From positions 1 through 23,830 of the forward strand of contig JAJRSC010000012.1 in assembly GCA_024278985.1 (NCBI GenBank): a stretch of DNA of 23,830 bases, given 5' to 3'. The position numbers were made by a program, and so were the translations under genes. The stretch is from an archaeon. Its GTDB lineage: Archaea; AGJL01; Methanococci; Methanococcales; Methanocaldococcaceae. Positions 20,412 to 23,830 of this stretch are shown one piece after another. Numbering within the stretch: position 1 is the stretch's first letter; the number at the start of each line of letters is the position of its first letter. Below the pieces are notes generated by a model, which saw nothing but the letters and a program-made list of their open reading frames with translations, was not told the DNA's origin and searched no databases.

Positions 20412-21449
20412 ATGGGGGAGATGATGATAGATATCATATTATTAATTTTGTTATGGTTTGGAATATACTATATTGTAGCCTTATCTTTAAATATAGAATT
20501 TGGTTATGCAGGAATTCCAAATTTTGGAAAAGCATTATCTGTTTTAGTTGGGGCTATAGCAGTAGGGGGAATATTGGATAGATTATTAATATTATTTTTT
20601 GGAGTTAGTGGAGATTTTGTAACTGCTTCAAGTATAGCAGCCAACAAAATGACAGAATTAATTGCAAGTAATCCAATTTTAGGGATTGGTATATTATTGT
20701 TGGCAATTATTTTAGCTACAATATTGGGGTTAATTGTAGGAGCTATTTTTATATTACCAAGTGCAAAACTTAAAGAGGATTATTTAGGAGTTACCTTATT
20801 GGCAATAAGTGAAACTGTCTTTTTAGTTTGTTTATATAACTTATCAATTATAGGAGGATATTATGGAATATCTGTTCCAGATATATTGGCATTTGCTGCA
20901 GGAGAATACAGAAGTTGGATTTTTACAGGATTATCTTTAATTATGGCCTTTTTAGTATTCTTATTTGTAGAAAGATTATTAAATACTCCTTTTGGTAGAA
21001 TATTGAGGGCTATGAGAGAAAATGATAATACTGTTAGAGCATTTGGTAGAAATCTAATGTTATTAAGAATAAAAACAATGGCTATAGGTTCAGCCATAGG
21101 AGCAATTGCAGGGGTGTTATATACACTATATACTGGTAATATTGTAGCAAATGCATTTACAAGAGCAGAATGGACATTTTTCCCATTCTTAATGGTATTA
21201 TTAGGAGGGAAAGGAAACAATAAAGGAGTAGCTTTAGGGGTTTTAATATATGTTACTATTAAAGTACTCTTAGATATCTATAAATATAATATAAAATACG
21301 CTTTAAATCTACCATTTGACCCTGTTTGGTTGTCATATATGTTATTTGGTATATTGATGCTTCTAATATTATACTATAAACCTACTGGACTACTTCCAGA
21401 AAAACCAATTATTACAAAACCAATGTTAAAATATTTTAAGAAATCTTAG
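20412..21449 (+). CDS. livM: Branched-chain amino acid ABC transporter permease (LivM type)
   Basis: Hydrophobic. GYAGIPNFG, DYLGVTLLA, GRILRAMREN, LLGGKG, PTGLL. True start may be the ATG at 20421 or 20424 after GGGGAG. Confidence 0.88.
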   Translation: MGEMMIDIILLILLWFGIYYIVALSLNIEFGYAGIPNFGKALSVLVGAIAVGGILDRLLILFFGVSGDFVTASSIAANKMTELIASNPILGIGILLLAIILATILGLIVGAIFILPSAKLKEDYLGVTLLAISETVFLVCLYNLSIIGGYYGISVPDILAFAAGEYRSWIFTGLSLIMAFLVFLFVERLLNTPFGRILRAMRENDNTVRAFGRNLMLLRIKTMAIGSAIGAIAGVLYTLYTGNIVANAFTRAEWTFFPFLMVLLGGKGNNKGVALGVLIYVTIKVLLDIYKYNIKYALNLPFDPVWLSYMLFGILMLLILYYKPTGLLPEKPIITKPMLKYFKKS

Positions 21450-23830
21450 ATACTCCCCCTACTTTTTCAACTAATATTAAGTTATCAGCAATCTCTTCCA
21501 CTTCTCTATGATGAGTAATAACTATTAATTGAGGAATATTTTTAACATTTCTAAATATATCTATTAATTTTCTTCTTCTTTCTTCATCTAAATGAACAGT
21601 TGGTTCGTCTAAAATAAAACATCCAATATTTTCAACCAATGCTTTGGCTATTGCCAATCTTAAAGAAAGAGCTATAGCTATCTGCTCTCCACCACTTAAA
21701 TTTTTTGTATCTAAAACTCCATTTGGAGAATGAACTTTTATATTTAAATTTTCATCCAACTCTATATAGCTATAATCTAAATCAAATTCTTTAAATATAT
21801 CTAAAAGATAGTTTTTAATTATTGGAAGATATTTTTTTCTTAAATATCTTTGAAATCCTTCTCTACTATAAACTTTCCTAATTCTTTCCAATTCATTGAT
21901 AAATTTATATAGATTATTCTTTTTGTCAATTAATATATCAAGATTATTAACTTCATTTTTTAGTTCTAATATTTGATGATTCAATTGTTTTAATTCTCCA
22001 ATAATTTTATTTCTTTCCTCATTCAGCTCATCCACTTTATTTTTATATTCCTCAAATTTTCTCTCTATTTCCATAAATTTATCTTCTGAATAATTCAAAT
22101 TAGAAATTTCTTCATTTATCTTTTTAATGTTTATATTAATTTCCTCCAACTCATTGTATAGAATCTTTAATTTTTCTTTTATTTCTACTTCTGAGTTGTA
22201 TTTCTTTAATATTTCATTATATAGATTGTTCTTAACTAAATAATCCTCAGCAAAATCTTCCAATTCTTTAATATTTTTCCTTAATTCACTTATCTCCTTA
22301 TAGATTTTAAGATACTCATCATATTTTTCTTTAAGATTGCTTAAATTATGATATACTGAATTTAGTTCTTTTTTATATTGCTCAAGATTTTCTATTTTGT
22401 TTATAATTTTTAATAATTCTTTAATTTTATTTTCTATATAGTTAATTTTTTTCTTACAATCTTCTATTTTCATATCCTTAACTTCATTATATAACTCATT
22501 GTATCTATTATAAATTTCTTCTTTGTTAATTTGTTCAAGGTAGTTTTTTGAGGAAATATATTTTTCATAATATTCTTTTAACTGATTTTTTTCATTTTTA
22601 AGGTTAATATAAATATCAATTGGTTTTTTTCCATCTATTAACAATTTGTTAAGTTCATTTTCAACTTCTTTAATTTTGTTTATTAAGTTTTTATATTCTT
22701 CCTCCTTATTTTTTAATCTTTTTTCAATTTCTTCCAATTTACCTAATTTTTTTCTTAGTTCTCCCTCAATTTTTATTTTATTATCTATCTCATTTATTTT
22801 TTTATCAATTTCTTCCAACATTATTTTTATTTTATTAATTTTTTCTAATTTTTCATTTAGCTCTTTTTTATACTCATTGATAATTTCTATCTTTTTACTC
22901 TCTGATATCTTTGACTTACATAATGGACAGATATCTTTTACATTGTCCAATTCTTTTAAAATTTTTCTAATTTTCTCTATTTCAGTTTTTAATTTTGCTT
23001 TTTCATCCCTTAATCTTTCTCTCTCTTTTAATAAATCTTCTTTTTGAGATTTTAAAAGTTCAATTTTTTTAAGTTCTTCTTTAATATTAACTAATTTTTT
23101 TAGATTTTTTTTATATCCCTCTATTTCTTTATATATCTCTTCTTCTCTTTTTTTGTATATCTCCAACTCTGTTGATAGTTCATTATACTTTTTAACATAT
23201 TCATCAATTTCATTTAAATAGTTATCAATTTCAATATATCTTAAATATTTATTACTCAATTGATTAACAATATTCTCATGCTTTTCAATTTCATCAATAA
23301 TCTTTTTAAGATTGTGAAGTTCAGTTATTTTTACTATAATCTGATTTAGTTTTATTTTTTCTTTTTCTAAGTTATTTAAGTTATTAAGAATTTCATCCTT
23401 TGATAGCTCTCCAAGATATTCCTCTAATTTTTTAATTTTTTCCAATAAACTATCTCTTTTACCTTCTAAAATTTTATATTCTTCATAATATTTAGTTAGA
23501 GAATCTAATATTTTCTCTTTTTCTTTAATTTCAATTTTTAATTGGTTATATTTCTTATACTCTTCTTTATATTTATCTAAAAAGTCCTTTAAATTTTCTA
23601 ATTTTTTTAAATCTTCCTCAATAGTTTTTATTTCTTTCTCTTTATTTTCTTTCTCTAATAATCTGTTGTTTAACTTTTCTGTTAAAATAGAATATTTATT
23701 TTTAATATCTTTTATATTGTTGTATTCTTCTTCTACCTTTTTGAATTCTTCATATAACTTATTATATTCCTCTTCCAATTCTTTTTTATACTCACTCTTT
23801 TTATGATATTCTTCTTCACATCTTTTTAAA
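21436..23830 (-). CDS. rad50: DNA double-strand break repair Rad50 ATPase (5'-truncated by window edge)
   Basis: Long coiled coil, zinc hook CPLC, signature LSGGEQ, Walker B ILDEPT and ITHH. The frame stays open to the window end and Walker A is not in the window. Confidence 0.92.
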   Translation of the reverse strand, partial: LKRCEEEYHKKSEYKKELEEEYNKLYEEFKKVEEEYNNIKDIKNKYSILTEKLNNRLLEKENKEKEIKTIEEDLKKLENLKDFLDKYKEEYKKYNQLKIEIKEKEKILDSLTKYYEEYKILEGKRDSLLEKIKKLEEYLGELSKDEILNNLNNLEKEKIKLNQIIVKITELHNLKKIIDEIEKHENIVNQLSNKYLRYIEIDNYLNEIDEYVKKYNELSTELEIYKKREEEIYKEIEGYKKNLKKLVNIKEELKKIELLKSQKEDLLKERERLRDEKAKLKTEIEKIRKILKELDNVKDICPLCKSKISESKKIEIINEYKKELNEKLEKINKIKIMLEEIDKKINEIDNKIKIEGELRKKLGKLEEIEKRLKNKEEEYKNLINKIKEVENELNKLLIDGKKPIDIYINLKNEKNQLKEYYEKYISSKNYLEQINKEEIYNRYNELYNEVKDMKIEDCKKKINYIENKIKELLKIINKIENLEQYKKELNSVYHNLSNLKEKYDEYLKIYKEISELRKNIKELEDFAEDYLVKNNLYNEILKKYNSEVEIKEKLKILYNELEEININIKKINEEISNLNYSEDKFMEIERKFEEYKNKVDELNEERNKIIGELKQLNHQILELKNEVNNLDILIDKKNNLYKFINELERIRKVYSREGFQRYLRKKYLPIIKNYLLDIFKEFDLDYSYIELDENLNIKVHSPNGVLDTKNLSGGEQIAIALSLRLAIAKALVENIGCFILDEPTVHLDEERRRKLIDIFRNVKNIPQLIVITHHREVEEIADNLILVEKVGGVSKIS

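Noticed and set aside
721-21449. Genome-wide reassignment of TGA or TAG as the cause of the trpS/ilvD stops
   Set aside because: TGA is the normal stop of tyrS, hcgG, ycaO and GGGPS, and TAG of carB1 and livM. No other gene in the window has internal TGA/TAG apart from the decayed transposase.
2196-23047. Antisense/overlapping ORFs (2196, 3599, 7494, 7872, 8042, 8856, 9145, 15600, 16029, 16434, 18480, 20861, 22646)
   Set aside because: Shadow frames opposite well-supported genes or the IS remnant, biased composition, no recognisable motifs.
21900-23830. Periodic low-complexity T-rich sequence
   Set aside because: Reflects the Lys/Glu-rich coiled coil of Rad50 on the minus strand, not a DNA repeat.

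Overview
A very AT-rich archaeal window. Protein sequences, GGTGA/GGAGG-type ribosome-binding sites and the CRISPR repeat point to a hyperthermophilic Methanococcales member, most likely Methanocaldococcus (from recall of M. jannaschii orthologues, no search run). In order it holds: a CRISPR leader and a 10-repeat/9-spacer array with no cas genes in view; a minus-strand run aroA' > hcgG(hmdC) > ilvD > tyrS > NADH oxidase/CoA-disulfide reductase > carB1 > carB2; a plus-strand operon trpS-ycaO-GGGP synthase-aspS; an intein-free reverse gyrase; a 371-bp internally deleted IS6 (ISMja1-like) remnant; a partial branched-chain amino acid ABC operon (livF-livH-livM); and the 3' part of rad50. I found no convincing novel multi-gene system. 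The most striking anomaly is that two housekeeping genes each carry one in-frame stop in an otherwise intact frame: TGA at a conserved Gly in trpS and TAG at an expected Glu in ilvD. Both are single G>T changes, and aspS has a third G>T-type change in its EGG motif. Sequencing/DNA-damage artefact is the simplest explanation, but recoding or a mutator lineage cannot be excluded from sequence alone.
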